Part shown: positions 36,998-47,664 of the stretch, in pieces
Layout of the letters: each line of letters begins with the position of its first letter
Numbering within the stretch: position 1 is the first letter of the stretch
Source of the DNA: Candidatus Neptunichlamydia sp.
Lineage (GTDB): Bacteria; Chlamydiota; Chlamydiia; Chlamydiales; Simkaniaceae
Assembly (NCBI GenBank): GCA_965233865.1
Contig: OZ247587.1
Span: 64,001 to 128,000, forward strand
Direction of reading: 5' to 3'
DNA length: 64,000 nt
Notes under the pieces: model-generated
What the model was told of the DNA's origin: nothing
What the model saw: only the letters and a program-made list of their open reading frames with translations
The model's database searches: none
Program-made: the position numbers and the translations under genes

Positions 36998-38553
36998 TGA
37001 TGCCTCTTGTGATTGTGGGTCATGTAGACCACGGGAAAAGTACTATATTAGGACATCTTTTAGCAGATAGTGGAGCCCTTCCAGATGGAAAGTTAGAGGC
37101 AGTGAAAAATTATTGCTCGCGCAATAGCAAGCCCTTTGAATATGCATTTCTTCTAGATGCTCTTAGAGAAGAGCAATCTCAAGGGATTACGGTAGATACA
37201 GCACGGTGCTTTTTTGAGACAATAAAACGTCCTTATATTGTGCTCGATGCCCCAGGTCATGTCGAATTCATTCGAAATATGGTGACGGGGGCATCTCATG
37301 CCGATGGAGCTTTAATTGTTGTTGATGCAAAAGAAGGAGTGCAAGAAAATACGAAGCGTCATGGGTATTTTCTCTCTCTGCTTGGAGTGAAGCAAGTTGC
37401 TGTTTTGGTCAACAAGATGGATCAGGTTGGTTATAAAAAGGAAGCTTTTGAGAAAATTAAAAGGGATTACACTAACTTTTTAGGCGAGGTTGGAATAGTA
37501 CCTCGCGAAGTGATTCCGGTTAGTGGTTTTTATGGGGCCAATATTGCAAAGCGCTCATCGGGAATGGGGTGGTATGCGGGACCTACTCTCCTTGAGGCTA
37601 TTGATCTATTTGAAGGAGTCCAAGGCTCAACTACAGTTCCCTTTCGTTTTCCGGTTCAAGGGGTTTATAAATTCACCGAAAAAGAAGACGAAAGATGCAT
37701 TATTGCAGGAAGGATTGAGACAGGAATGGTTCGTGTTGGTGAAAGGGTCACATTTTCACCTTCTGGGCAAACAAGCATAGTCTGTTCTATCGAAGGAAAA
37801 GGAGAAGCGGGATATTCCACAGGGATTACTCTTAAGGACCCTCTTTATATAACCCGTGGTGAAATTGCTTCAAAGGAGTCAATCCCTCGAGTGGCAGAGA
37901 AACTTTTAGTGCGCCTCTTCTGGCTTGATAAAGAAAGTGTCAGGGAAGGGAATCACTATCTGTTCAAGTTAGGGACTCAGAAAGTAGGGTGCACTGTTTC
38001 TGAAATTCGAAAAGTGTTTGATTCTGTGACTCTTGGGGAAAAGGATAAAAGGTTTATTGAAAGACATGAGGTGGGAGAAGTTGTTCTTGATTTAGGGGAA
38101 AAAATTGCTTGCGATCTATCGAATGAGGTTGTTGAAACCTCTAGGTTTGTCCTTGCCCATCAATACCGGCAGTCTGGTGGTGGACTTGTTGAGAAGGTTC
38201 TTTCAAAATATGAGAAAGACGAGATTTCGACAATCACGATGGGAATGCGGGCAAAACAACAGGGGCATCGGGGTAAAATATTTTTTCTTTATGGGGGTGA
38301 TCAAAAAAAACTTATCGGTTGGAGTCAAAAAATTGAAAAGGCTTTGTTCAAAAGAGGTGTTTTGGTGTATACCTCGCTCTTTGAGCCACATGTAAAAGAA
38401 GCCTATTCCATGGCTGAAAGAGTGGGTGTAGTTCTCTTGCTTGTTGGAGATCACGTAGGAATGGAGCTTGACTCTTCTTGTTGTATTTCTTTTACTGGGA
38501 TAGACGATGCAGAGCGCTCAGCTGATAAAATTTTGGATCTATTAAATGAATAA
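36994..38553 (+). CDS. cysN: Sulfate adenylyltransferase subunit 1 with degenerate C-terminal APS-kinase-like domain
   Basis: [27 protein letters not shown]; follows cysD. Confidence 0.9.
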   Translation: MMMPLVIVGHVDHGKSTILGHLLADSGALPDGKLEAVKNYCSRNSKPFEYAFLLDALREEQSQGITVDTARCFFETIKRPYIVLDAPGHVEFIRNMVTGASHADGALIVVDAKEGVQENTKRHGYFLSLLGVKQVAVLVNKMDQVGYKKEAFEKIKRDYTNFLGEVGIVPREVIPVSGFYGANIAKRSSGMGWYAGPTLLEAIDLFEGVQGSTTVPFRFPVQGVYKFTEKEDERCIIAGRIETGMVRVGERVTFSPSGQTSIVCSIEGKGEAGYSTGITLKDPLYITRGEIASKESIPRVAEKLLVRLFWLDKESVREGNHYLFKLGTQKVGCTVSEIRKVFDSVTLGEKDKRFIERHEVGEVVLDLGEKIACDLSNEVVETSRFVLAHQYRQSGGGLVEKVLSKYEKDEISTITMGMRAKQQGHRGKIFFLYGGDQKKLIGWSQKIEKALFKRGVLVYTSLFEPHVKEAYSMAERVGVVLLLVGDHVGMELDSSCCISFTGIDDAERSADKILDLLNE

Positions 38554-39754
38554 TACCGAGAAACCCTCATTTTTTTCTTTTCTTCCTTTCTTAACACTGA
38601 TTACTTTCGCCTCATTTTTAAATATCATGGCACGTATCATCTTTCCTCCAATGACACCTTTTATATGTGAGGAGATGAATCTTTGCCATGCAGATACAGG
38701 GAACCTCTTTTTTATCCTTTCTGTAGGGTTTGCAATCACCCTGTTTGGGTCTCAATTTCTTTCTTCGCGTATCAGCCATAAGATGACGGTTATTTTTTCT
38801 TTGTTATTAACAGGATTTGCTCTTGTCGTTACTTCCTATGCTGAATCCTTTCAGTTCTTTCGCCTTTCTCTCTTTCTAGTGGGGCTATGCTCCGGTTTTT
38901 TTATTCCTTCTGCGGTTGCAATGCTTCGGGAAGAGGTTGCAACACAGCATTTAGGGAAAGCATTTGGGATTTTTGCGACGGCGCAGAGTATTGCTTTTAT
39001 CCTGTCTCCGATCATTGTGCGAAGCGTGATTGGGGTCTATTCTTGGAAAGAAATATTAAATGGCTTTGGGCTGATTTCGAGCATTATCAGCGTCATCTTA
39101 TTTTTCCTATTTAAGCAGGGAAATGAAAAAGGAGAACCGATCACAATTCCCTTTGTTCGGAGTGTCTTTTCGTGGCCGTCTTTTTGGATCTTACTTATTC
39201 TCTTGTGCCTTGCAAATGGTCTCAATGTTGGAATTTACAATATGGCGCCAGACTATTTTCAGCGCCATAACTTGCTCGATAAAGATGCGGTTCATCAGCT
39301 CATTGTGATTGCTCGTGTCCTTAGCTTTGGGACGGCGATTATTGCTGGAGTGATGGCCGACCGTTTTGGACTGAAGCATTCAATGGTTCTCTCGCTAATT
39401 TTCTGCGGGGTTCTAACCTCTTTAATGGGGACGATGAACCCTTCTAGCTCACTTGTTTTGTTTACCCTTCAGTCTCCTGTTGCGGCTTGTTTAATGCCCC
39501 TTATTCACTTTGCCATTGCCACGATCGTTTCCCCAGAGAAAAATTCTACAATCGTATCACTTATTGCTCCTTTTGGTTTTTTGATGGGCGCTGGAGTTGT
39601 TCCTCAGATTCTTGGGTTTTTAGGAGACTTCAACCTCTATGCTCAAGGGTTTATTTTGTTTGGAATGTCTTCAGTCTTCTGTGGAGCTATTTTTAGCTTG
39701 AGCCGAGTTTATAAGCACATTGAATTCAGCCAAGTTAAAAGCTTGGAGTCATAA
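38546..39754 (+). CDS. MFS transporter
   Basis: About 12 TM helices, [10 protein letters not shown] motif. Confidence 0.9.
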   Translation: MNNTEKPSFFSFLPFLTLITFASFLNIMARIIFPPMTPFICEEMNLCHADTGNLFFILSVGFAITLFGSQFLSSRISHKMTVIFSLLLTGFALVVTSYAESFQFFRLSLFLVGLCSGFFIPSAVAMLREEVATQHLGKAFGIFATAQSIAFILSPIIVRSVIGVYSWKEILNGFGLISSIISVILFFLFKQGNEKGEPITIPFVRSVFSWPSFWILLILLCLANGLNVGIYNMAPDYFQRHNLLDKDAVHQLIVIARVLSFGTAIIAGVMADRFGLKHSMVLSLIFCGVLTSLMGTMNPSSSLVLFTLQSPVAACLMPLIHFAIATIVSPEKNSTIVSLIAPFGFLMGAGVVPQILGFLGDFNLYAQGFILFGMSSVFCGAIFSLSRVYKHIEFSQVKSLES

Positions 39755-40782
39755 TGGCAACAGGAGTCTTATTAGTGAATCTAGGGACTCCCAACTCCCC
39801 TAGCCCAAAAGATGTCAAACGGTATTTAATTGAATTTCTAACGGATAGTCGAGTAATTGACCTTCCTCCCGTTCGGAGAAATTTGCTCATTCGGGGAATC
39901 ATCATTCCAAAGCGCTATAAAAAGTCAGCGGCTCTCTACCAGTCAATTTGGGAGAAGGAAGGATCTCCTCTTCTTGTGCATGGAAAAAAGGTTGAGGGTC
40001 TTCTTCAAAAGAAGCTAAGAGAAGGTTACAGGGTTAAACTTGCCATGCGGTATCAAAACCCTTCGATTGAGGAAGGGTTAAAAACGCTAAAGGGCTGCCA
40101 GAAGCTTATCATTTTTCCGATGTTTCCACAGTATGCCTCCGCAACGACTGGTTCTGTTCATCAAAAGGTTTTTGAAATTCTTTCAAAATGGGCAACCATT
40201 CCTGAAGTGCATTTTATCTCCCATTATCCCAATCACCCAGACCTGATTGAGGCTTTTGCAAAGAGAGGGGAGGAGCGTGACTTGGGAAGTTATGATCATT
40301 TTGTTTTCAGTTACCACGGTCTCCCTCAGAGCCAGGTCTTAAAGGGAGATCAAAAAGGTATTTGCCTTAAAGAGAAAGACTGTTGTCAAAGTAACCCAAC
40401 CTGCTATGCCTCCCAGTGTTTTGCGACAACAAGGGAAATTACCAAGAAATTAGGGATTCCATCTGGGATGTGGAGTCATACCTACCAGTCCCGTCTGGGA
40501 AAAAGCCCTTGGATCGAACCCTATACCGATGTTGTTTTGCGAAACTTAGCGATTAAAAAGAAGAAGAGGGTACTCATTTTTTGCCCCTCCTTTGTTGCCG
40601 ACTGTCTGGAAACCCTTGAAGAAATCGGATCTCAGTACAAGCAAGAGTTTCAAAACAGTGGTGGAGAAACTCTGGATCTTGTTAAAGGGTTAAATGACCA
40701 CCCAAAGTGGATAGAAACAATAGAGTCACTGATTCATGATAACACCAGCAGAGCCTCATTCAGATCATCGTCTGAGTACTAA
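39754..40782 (+). CDS. hemH: Ferrochelatase
   Basis: LLVNLGTP, AMRYQNPS, PMFPQYASATTGS, FSYHGLP, YQSRLG, FVADCLETLEEI. Confidence 0.96.
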   Translation: MATGVLLVNLGTPNSPSPKDVKRYLIEFLTDSRVIDLPPVRRNLLIRGIIIPKRYKKSAALYQSIWEKEGSPLLVHGKKVEGLLQKKLREGYRVKLAMRYQNPSIEEGLKTLKGCQKLIIFPMFPQYASATTGSVHQKVFEILSKWATIPEVHFISHYPNHPDLIEAFAKRGEERDLGSYDHFVFSYHGLPQSQVLKGDQKGICLKEKDCCQSNPTCYASQCFATTREITKKLGIPSGMWSHTYQSRLGKSPWIEPYTDVVLRNLAIKKKKRVLIFCPSFVADCLETLEEIGSQYKQEFQNSGGETLDLVKGLNDHPKWIETIESLIHDNTSRASFRSSSEY

Positions 40783-41956
40783 AAAACCATTATTACTGAC
40801 CTTAATCGTGTTGATTTCTTACGGGTCCATTGGAACAGCTCTATTTACGCCAGCGATCCCTGCAGTGATGGATCGCTTTCAAGTTAGCGCGGGAGTTTCG
40901 CAGCTTACAATCATGCTTTTTCTTTTAGGCTATTCCATTGGCCAACTTATGTATAGCCCTGTTGCTAAGCGATTTGGTAGAAAACCTGCCTTATATCTCG
41001 GAATTATTATTTCCCTAGTTGGGAACATTCTCTGCATGATTTCGGGACCTACTGATAATTTAACATTGCTCCTAGTTGCTCGTTTCATAACCGCTTTAGG
41101 ATCGAGTGTGGGTTTAAGTTTAACATTCATGATTATCAGCGATTATTACCATGAATCCCATGCTAGAAAAGTGACAGCCTATACCATGCTTGCTTTTGCC
41201 GTTATCCCTGGGGTAGGAATTGCAATTGGAGGATTTTTAGTCGCATATTTGGGGTGGCTTAGCTGTTTTTATTTCCTATTTGTCTATGGAGTTTTTGCGC
41301 TTTTTTTAGTCTTCCGTTTAGAGGAAACTTCTATAGAAAAGGAAAGTGATGCATTTAAACTGAAAAAAGTTCTGAAAGGTTATTTGCGTGATTTTAAGAA
41401 CCCCATGCTTTCTCTTTACTCTATTATGATTGGAACGACGACGGCGTTTATCTATGCTTTTGCTGCGACGGCTCCTGTCATTGGAATTCGAATGATGAGG
41501 CTTTCGGCAGACGTATATGGGATTTATAACCTTATTCCCTCTGCTGGATATTTCTTAGGAAATTTTTTAGCAGCGCGGCTATCGTCTCATTCTAAGATCA
41601 AAACGGTTCTTAAGCTAGGAATTACCATAATGGGAATTGGGATTCTTATTTTTAGCATTCTTATGCTTGGAGGGTGGAGAACTCCTCTGACTCTTTTTCT
41701 TCCCACTTTCTTGATCTATTTTGGAAGCCCACTTTTCTATTCGAATGCGGCGGTCCTTGCAACATTCAGAGTTCCCGATAAGCCTAATGCTTCTTCTATT
41801 ATGAGTTTTATCAATATTGGGTGTGCGGTCTTGGGATTGGTCATCATTGAGGCTCTTCATAGCGACCCTATGATTACCCTTCCTCTACTGTTTATTGCTG
41901 GGTTTATTTTCATGCTTGTTCTCTTTTGTCGTGGACAAAAGTTTATAGAAGTTTGA
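40736..41956 (+). CDS. Bcr/CflA-like MFS efflux transporter
   Basis: FTPAIP, GQLMYSPVAKRFGRKP, ARFITALG; about 12 TM helices. Confidence 0.88.
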   Translation: MITPAEPHSDHRLSTKKPLLLTLIVLISYGSIGTALFTPAIPAVMDRFQVSAGVSQLTIMLFLLGYSIGQLMYSPVAKRFGRKPALYLGIIISLVGNILCMISGPTDNLTLLLVARFITALGSSVGLSLTFMIISDYYHESHARKVTAYTMLAFAVIPGVGIAIGGFLVAYLGWLSCFYFLFVYGVFALFLVFRLEETSIEKESDAFKLKKVLKGYLRDFKNPMLSLYSIMIGTTTAFIYAFAATAPVIGIRMMRLSADVYGIYNLIPSAGYFLGNFLAARLSSHSKIKTVLKLGITIMGIGILIFSILMLGGWRTPLTLFLPTFLIYFGSPLFYSNAAVLATFRVPDKPNASSIMSFINIGCAVLGLVIIEALHSDPMITLPLLFIAGFIFMLVLFCRGQKFIEV

Positions 41957-42060
41957 TAAATAGTAAAGTGCACCCCCTTGTTAAGGCAGTTTTTTTGCCA
42001 TTTTTTAGGAGACTTTGCTTATCGCCGATTTGTTCATTTATTGGGATAGGTTTATAGGTG

Positions 42061-42717
42061 TTAATTATTAAACTGCTTTGAAAAGAGAGTGATAGTACTG
42101 AGGGGCGTATTGGGTCCTTCATTGGCCATGTATTTCAAGAGGTCTCCTGCTTGGGGATCGAACCAAAGATCTGCATGCCAGAACATCTTCTTGAATCCGG
42201 TAAGGGTGATTTTTACTTTAAGAGCGTTGTAAGCTTTTCCGTGAACTTCTATTTGTTCAAGTCCTTGTTTGGTAGCGACCATGCTATGAAGGCTGAGCTT
42301 TTTCGGATGGACGATTGAAAACTTAAAGTCTCGAAATCTGGAATGAATAAAAGGCTTAAAGCAAAAATCAAACTCTTGAACCCAACTTTCCTTGCCAATA
42401 TGGAACTGTTTCTGAGTTTTCTCGTCGCCTATCTCTCGGTTTGCGATGAGGAAGTCTCCTTCGCGATGAATGGAGTATTGATTGCTTCGGTGTTTATGGT
42501 GATGGCTAAAGCTCTGAATGACGCGCTCTGGTGACGTTACAATGAGGGTTTTTCCACTTTGGCTTTCTCCAACAATATGGAGAATGTCGTCTTTTTCTTG
42601 AAATTCAAGAGTCCAGGTGGTTTTTGATTCTCGGCCGTTAACGTCTTTATTATAGATATAAGTGACTTCTGCAAAAGCACTGGAGATCATAACAAGAAAA
42701 AGAACTAAGAACTTCAT
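42061..42717 (-). CDS. Exported hypothetical protein
   Basis: Signal peptide MKFLVLFLVMISSAFA, GAGG RBS; beta-rich appearance. Confidence 0.75.
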   Translation of the reverse strand: MKFLVLFLVMISSAFAEVTYIYNKDVNGRESKTTWTLEFQEKDDILHIVGESQSGKTLIVTSPERVIQSFSHHHKHRSNQYSIHREGDFLIANREIGDEKTQKQFHIGKESWVQEFDFCFKPFIHSRFRDFKFSIVHPKKLSLHSMVATKQGLEQIEVHGKAYNALKVKITLTGFKKMFWHADLWFDPQAGDLLKYMANEGPNTPLSTITLFSKQFNN

Positions 42718-42803
42718 AAATACCTCAGGTTTCCCTCTGTATAACATCTTGCAGTTTTTCTGTCTCCTCCCGTAGAATGGGCGTTTTAACTAGGAGATCA
42801 TAA

Positions 42804-43349
42804 ATGAAGTACCTAACTGCAATGTTGCTTTGTGTATTTTCACTATTTGCAAAAGACAAAGGAGATGATATGTCGAAAAACCCTATTATTGTTATGGAAA
42901 CAACTCAGGGAGTTATTGAAATCGAACTCAGGCCAAAAGTGGCTCCCAAAGCGTGCGAGAACATGATGAAGCACGCAGCAAAAGGATATTACGATGGGAT
43001 TGTTTTTCACAGGATCATCAGCAAATTTATGATCCAAGGTGGAGATCCAACGGGGACTGGACGCGGAGGAGAATCGATTTGGGGAAAGCCTTTTGAAGAT
43101 GAATGCAGCTCAAGTGAGAAATTTGATCGGCCTGGTATTTTAGCCATGGCTAACTCAGGCCCTGGAACCAACGGCAGTCAATTTTTTATTACGACAGCAG
43201 AAACGCCATGGCTCAATGGTAATCACACTATTTTTGGTGAGGTTGTAAAAGGGTATGATATCGTTGAGAAGCTTGATAAGGTAAAGACGGGAATGCATGA
43301 CAAACCAGTCGAGAGCCAAAAAATTCTTAAGATGTATGTAAAGAAATGA
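42804..43349 (+). CDS. Cyclophilin-type peptidyl-prolyl isomerase
   Basis: FHRIISKFMIQGGDPTGTGRGG, LAMANSGPGTNGSQFFIT, WLNGNHTIFG; possible signal peptide. Confidence 0.95.
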   Translation: MKYLTAMLLCVFSLFAKDKGDDMSKNPIIVMETTQGVIEIELRPKVAPKACENMMKHAAKGYYDGIVFHRIISKFMIQGGDPTGTGRGGESIWGKPFEDECSSSEKFDRPGILAMANSGPGTNGSQFFITTAETPWLNGNHTIFGEVVKGYDIVEKLDKVKTGMHDKPVESQKILKMYVKK

Positions 43350-43984
43350 AAATTGCTCTTGTTGGCTACGGAAAGATGGGGAAGTCCGTTAGGGAGCTTT
43401 CCTTGTTAGCAGGGCATGAGTGCTTTAATGAACTTGTTTCCGATGCCGATGTGTGCATTGACTTTTCAGTTGGAGGAGAGGTAAAAAAGACTGCTCTTTC
43501 TATTGAGATTCCATGGGTTCTTGGAACGACTGGATGGAGTAAAGATGAAATTTTCCCGATTGTTGAAGAAAGGAAGATCCCTTTTCTTTACGCGCCCAAT
43601 TTTTCAATGGGGGTGGCTCTGTTTAGGAAAATGGCAAAACTAGGGAGCAGTCTATTTAAGGGATACGAAATAGAGGGGGTAGAAATCCACCACACCGAAA
43701 AAAAAGATGCTCCTTCGGGGACAGCTTTGAGGTTGATGGAGGAAATTGAGGGACTTAAGTTTACCTCTATAAGAAGAAGGGAGGAAGTTGGTACCCACCA
43801 GCTCATGTTTCACAGCCAAGAGGAATCTGTCGAGTTAACACATCGCGCGCTAGATCGAAAGGTGTTTGCTAGAGGGGCTATCCTATCAGCAGAGTGGCTA
43901 GTGGGGAAAAAGGGAATTTATACTTTTGATGATTATATTGAAGAAAGAGTGTCATGTCATTTGCAGGAATTACAACAGCATTAA
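43346..43984 (+). CDS. dapB: 4-hydroxy-tetrahydrodipicolinate reductase
   Basis: GYGKMG, IDFS, GTTG, APNFSMG, EIHHTEKKDAPSGTA. Confidence 0.93.
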   Translation: MKIALVGYGKMGKSVRELSLLAGHECFNELVSDADVCIDFSVGGEVKKTALSIEIPWVLGTTGWSKDEIFPIVEERKIPFLYAPNFSMGVALFRKMAKLGSSLFKGYEIEGVEIHHTEKKDAPSGTALRLMEEIEGLKFTSIRRREEVGTHQLMFHSQEESVELTHRALDRKVFARGAILSAEWLVGKKGIYTFDDYIEERVSCHLQELQQH

Positions 43985-44820
43985 TTACTCCTTTTAAAGA
44001 GGGGGAAATTGATGAGAAAGGACTGAGAGAAAATATTTCTTTCCAAATCAAAGAAGGGGTCGATAAGCTTCTTTTTTTAGGGACAACAGGAGAAGGGAAC
44101 TTTCTGTCTGAGGGCGAAAGAAAAAGGGTACTCTCGATTGCTCTTGAAGAGGGGAAAGGCAGTGCATCGCTACTGATTTCCTGTGGAGATGTTTCAACGG
44201 GGCATTCAGTTGCTAAAGTTACTCAAGCAGAAAAAATGGGCATGGAAGGGGCTTTAGTCATTGCTCCTTACTACTGTCGTCCAACACAAGAAGGACTTTT
44301 CCGCCACTTTGAGACGGTAGCAAAAAACACCTCTCTTCCAATTATCATTTATAATCATCCGAAACGGACCGGTGTAGAAATTGAGCTGGAGACAGTCAAA
44401 CGACTAGCAGAGATTCAGAACATCGTGGGGATCAAAGATGCATCGGGATCGATAACCTATGGGGCGTCGGTAATTGCAGCACTTCCTGATTTTTTATTTT
44501 TAACGGGAGATGATTTAATGACTCTTCCTATTTCAGTAATTGGAGCAGCAGGCTTAATCTCAGTGCTTAGTAATCTGATGCCGCGCAAAATGAAGGAATT
44601 GGTAGAGACTCAAGACCGCGTATTATATCAGAATTTATATCCTTTTATCGCCATGAGTCAAATTGAGACAAATCCAGTTCCGATCAAAGCTATGATGAAC
44701 CTAGTAGGATTTTCTGCAGGAGAGTGTCGCCTTCCACTCACGTCCCTTTCAAAGGTAAATCATAACAAATTGCGGGACCTTCTACTGAGTTCCTCACTGA
44801 TTGAGGAGGCAACTCTATGA
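43954..44820 (+). CDS. dapA: 4-hydroxy-tetrahydrodipicolinate synthase
   Basis: TALITPF, GTTGE, PYY, IYNHPKRTG, GIKDASG, ETNPVPIK. Confidence 0.94.
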   Translation: MSFAGITTALITPFKEGEIDEKGLRENISFQIKEGVDKLLFLGTTGEGNFLSEGERKRVLSIALEEGKGSASLLISCGDVSTGHSVAKVTQAEKMGMEGALVIAPYYCRPTQEGLFRHFETVAKNTSLPIIIYNHPKRTGVEIELETVKRLAEIQNIVGIKDASGSITYGASVIAALPDFLFLTGDDLMTLPISVIGAAGLISVLSNLMPRKMKELVETQDRVLYQNLYPFIAMSQIETNPVPIKAMMNLVGFSAGECRLPLTSLSKVNHNKLRDLLLSSSLIEEATL

Positions 44821-45707
44821 TTAAGGTGGGGCTTTTGGGTGGAGGAGGGCTGGTAGGTCAGACCTACCAAACACTTATTGATAAGCATCGAGATTTTGAA
44901 CTTTGTTTTATTCCTTCAAGAGAGGAACTAGGGGATGTTTCAAAAGCTAGAGAATGCGACTTAATTTTTTCAGCTCTCTCGAATAGTGCAGCTGAAATTT
45001 ACGACCCTCTATATGCAGGGGCGGGATACCCGGTCTTCTCGTCGGCTTCTTGCCATCGAATGGAAGAAGATATTCCCTTAATTATTTCTGAAATTAATCC
45101 CGAGGATTTTACATGGATTGCAAGGCAGCAAAAAAGTCGTGGATGGAAAGGCTTTATTGTCGCTAAACCAAATTGCACTCTTCACAGTATGATTCTTCCT
45201 TTGTTCCCTCTGCATAAGAGATTTGCTTTAAGTGGAATCTCAGTGACCTATCTGCAGGCGCGGAGCGGCGCAGGAAAAGGGTTTAAGTTAGAAGGCAACA
45301 TCCTCCCATTTATTGAAGGAGAAGAAGAAAAATCAACGATAGAAACCCATAAGATATTGGGAGATTCTTCAATCCAAATTTCATCGCAGTGCATGAGAGT
45401 CCCGGTTCTTCATGGTCATCTTGCTGCTGTATCAGCAAGGTTTGAAGAAAAACCCTCTTTAGAGGAAGTGAAAACCATCTGGCATCAGTATGAACCCGTC
45501 TCCTATCTTGAACAAGAGGACCGTCCTCAGCCTGCCCTCGACTTAGGCGATGGAATGGTGGTGAGTATTGGACGTCTTTCTCCCTGTCCCTTAATGGATA
45601 TTCGGTTTGTCTCTTTGTCCCATAATCTGATTCGGGGAGCTGCAGGGGGTGGACTATTAACAGCAGAGTATTGGAGTAAACATGTTAGAACGTCCACCGC
45701 AGTTTAA
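44817..45707 (+). CDS. asd: Aspartate-semialdehyde dehydrogenase
   Basis: G.VGQ, PNCT active site, QARSGAG, RVPVLHGH, HNLIRGAAG. Confidence 0.92.
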   Translation: MIKVGLLGGGGLVGQTYQTLIDKHRDFELCFIPSREELGDVSKARECDLIFSALSNSAAEIYDPLYAGAGYPVFSSASCHRMEEDIPLIISEINPEDFTWIARQQKSRGWKGFIVAKPNCTLHSMILPLFPLHKRFALSGISVTYLQARSGAGKGFKLEGNILPFIEGEEEKSTIETHKILGDSSIQISSQCMRVPVLHGHLAAVSARFEEKPSLEEVKTIWHQYEPVSYLEQEDRPQPALDLGDGMVVSIGRLSPCPLMDIRFVSLSHNLIRGAAGGGLLTAEYWSKHVRTSTAV

Positions 45708-46830
45708 AGAGCTTAACCCCTCTTACCTCTTTCCAGAAATTAACCGTCGAAAGGAAGCCTTCTTAAAAGAGAATCCTGCTATTCAGCTATTAAGCCTTGG
45801 GATTGGAGATACAGTTCTTCCTCTTCCTAAAGTAATCGCCTCAGCTTTAGAAAAAGGGGCAGCAGAGCTGGGAACTTTGGAGGGATATTCTGGATATGGA
45901 AAGGAACAGGGGCTTTTGGAGCTCCGGACAAAAATCTGCAGTCGCCTCTACCCCAAACTTTCTCCTGAGGAGATTTATATTTCAGATGGAGCAAAAAGTG
46001 ATCTAGGGCGTCTTCAGAATCTTTTTGGAGGAAAGGTCCGAGTGGGAATTCAAGATCCTACTTACCCCGTCTATGTAGATGGAAGCATCTTGCAAGGTGT
46101 AAAGAGCATAGAGCTTCTCCCATGCACGCCGCAAAATAATTTTTTTCCAGAGATTCCTGAGGGGCTAGATCTTCTATATATATGCAACCCGAATAACCCT
46201 ACCGGGAGAGCTTATACCTACGAAGAGCTGAAAAGAATTGTCGACTATGCTCTTAAGAACTGCGCGATTATTCTCTATGATGGTGCGTATTTTTCGTATA
46301 TTCAAGATAGTGCTTTGCCTCGTACAATCTATGATATTCCAGGAGCAGAGAAAGTTGTAATTGAGGTTAACTCTTTTTCCAAAATGGCAGGATTTTCAGG
46401 AGTACGATTGGGATGGACTGTGATTCCCAAAGAGCTGAAGTTCCAGTGTGGACACTCTATAAAAGATGATTACCATCGCTTTGGATGCACCGTTTTTAAT
46501 GGGGCTTCAAATATTGCTCAAAAGGGTGGTGTTGCTGTGTTTACCGATGAAGGGTGGGAGGCAATTCAAGAGTCCATTCAATATACAATGACTAATGCTA
46601 AGCTTCTTAAAGAGAAATTTGAAGGGGAGGGATACCGTGTTCATGGAGGAGAGAATGCGCCATATCTATGGATTGAAACCCCCGGGCGTCAATCCTGGGA
46701 GGTTTTTCAAGAATTTATGGAGAAACGACATCTTATTATCACCCCAGGTGCAGGGTATGGACTTTTTGGAGAACACTGTATTCGGGTTAGTGCCTTTGGT
46801 CTGAGAGAAAGAATTGCTGAGTTTATCTAA
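45682..46830 (+). CDS. dapL: LL-diaminopimelate aminotransferase
   Basis: YLFPEI, LGIGDT, SDGAKSD, DPTYPVY, PNNPTG, SFSKMAGFSGVRLGW. Confidence 0.94.
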   Translation: MLERPPQFKELNPSYLFPEINRRKEAFLKENPAIQLLSLGIGDTVLPLPKVIASALEKGAAELGTLEGYSGYGKEQGLLELRTKICSRLYPKLSPEEIYISDGAKSDLGRLQNLFGGKVRVGIQDPTYPVYVDGSILQGVKSIELLPCTPQNNFFPEIPEGLDLLYICNPNNPTGRAYTYEELKRIVDYALKNCAIILYDGAYFSYIQDSALPRTIYDIPGAEKVVIEVNSFSKMAGFSGVRLGWTVIPKELKFQCGHSIKDDYHRFGCTVFNGASNIAQKGGVAVFTDEGWEAIQESIQYTMTNAKLLKEKFEGEGYRVHGGENAPYLWIETPGRQSWEVFQEFMEKRHLIITPGAGYGLFGEHCIRVSAFGLRERIAEFI

Positions 46831-46912
46831 AAGAGAAAAATTCTTGCAGTAATGGAGACAATATCTTCAAATAACGCACCAATGCCTTTTGGGTAATTTG
46901 CAAATCTCACAC

Positions 46913-47314
46913 CTACTCTTCGATTTTTTTTCGCATCTTTTTAATTTCAGAGTGTTTCTTTTTGTCCTCTAAGATTTTTTGTTTCAACCTACGAGATCGA
47001 CGTTTTTTTTGCTGCCTAATTTTTTCCATTTCCCTTCGTTTTTTTGTTTTTTCTTGGTGAATTTCATAGGCGATTTTTTCACAAAGTTCTCGACGGGCTA
47101 TGTAGCGATTGAGCTCTTGAGAGCGTTCCTGCTGGCATTTCACTTCAATTCCAGTTGGAAGATGTTTGAGGTAAACACAGGAAGCGGTTTTATTGACCTT
47201 TTGTCCGCCCTTGCCGGAGCCTAGAATGAATTTTTCGATGAGATCACTATCTATGACTCCAAGCTCGTCCATTCTTTTTGCAAGAGTGCGTTTTTTTTCA
47301 TAAGATACAGGCAT
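46913..47314 (-). CDS. Peptide chain release factor-like peptidyl-tRNA hydrolase (ArfB-like)
   Basis: [12 protein letters not shown] (GGQ), HLPTGI, RSQELNR, basic C-terminal tail. Start set to ATG 47314. Confidence 0.88.
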   Translation of the reverse strand: MPVSYEKKRTLAKRMDELGVIDSDLIEKFILGSGKGGQKVNKTASCVYLKHLPTGIEVKCQQERSQELNRYIARRELCEKIAYEIHQEKTKKRREMEKIRQQKKRRSRRLKQKILEDKKKHSEIKKMRKKIEE

Positions 47315-47380
47315 ATTTACTTCAAAAAAAAGGTGAACTTCAAAAATGATGTTCACCTTACTAATGCATTAGATAACGCA

Positions 47381-47605
47381 TTAAGCGGAAGCAGTATTTT
47401 CCTCTTCTTCGTCATCAGATAGAGCGAGGTAAGAACCAACGTTTTCCTCTTCTTCGTCACTGAAAGAAACGTGCACATCAGTTGTTTCAATAGCAACGGG
47501 TTCTTCAGGGCTTTCTTCAGATTCTTCTGCAAACATTGCGTATGCAAACATTGGGCATGCAAACATGCTAAAAGCAGCTAGTGCTAGTAGTGAAAATTTT
47601 TTCAT
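47381..47605 (-). CDS. Small exported acidic protein
   Basis: GAGG RBS, signal peptide MKKFSLLALAAF..., very acidic mature part. Confidence 0.65.
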   Translation of the reverse strand: MKKFSLLALAAFSMFACPMFAYAMFAEESEESPEEPVAIETTDVHVSFSDEEEENVGSYLALSDDEEEENTASA

Positions 47606-47664
47606 ATCAATACCTCACATTAGGTTAAAGTTCAATCCTAGCCAATTTAACTTTTGTTAACTTT

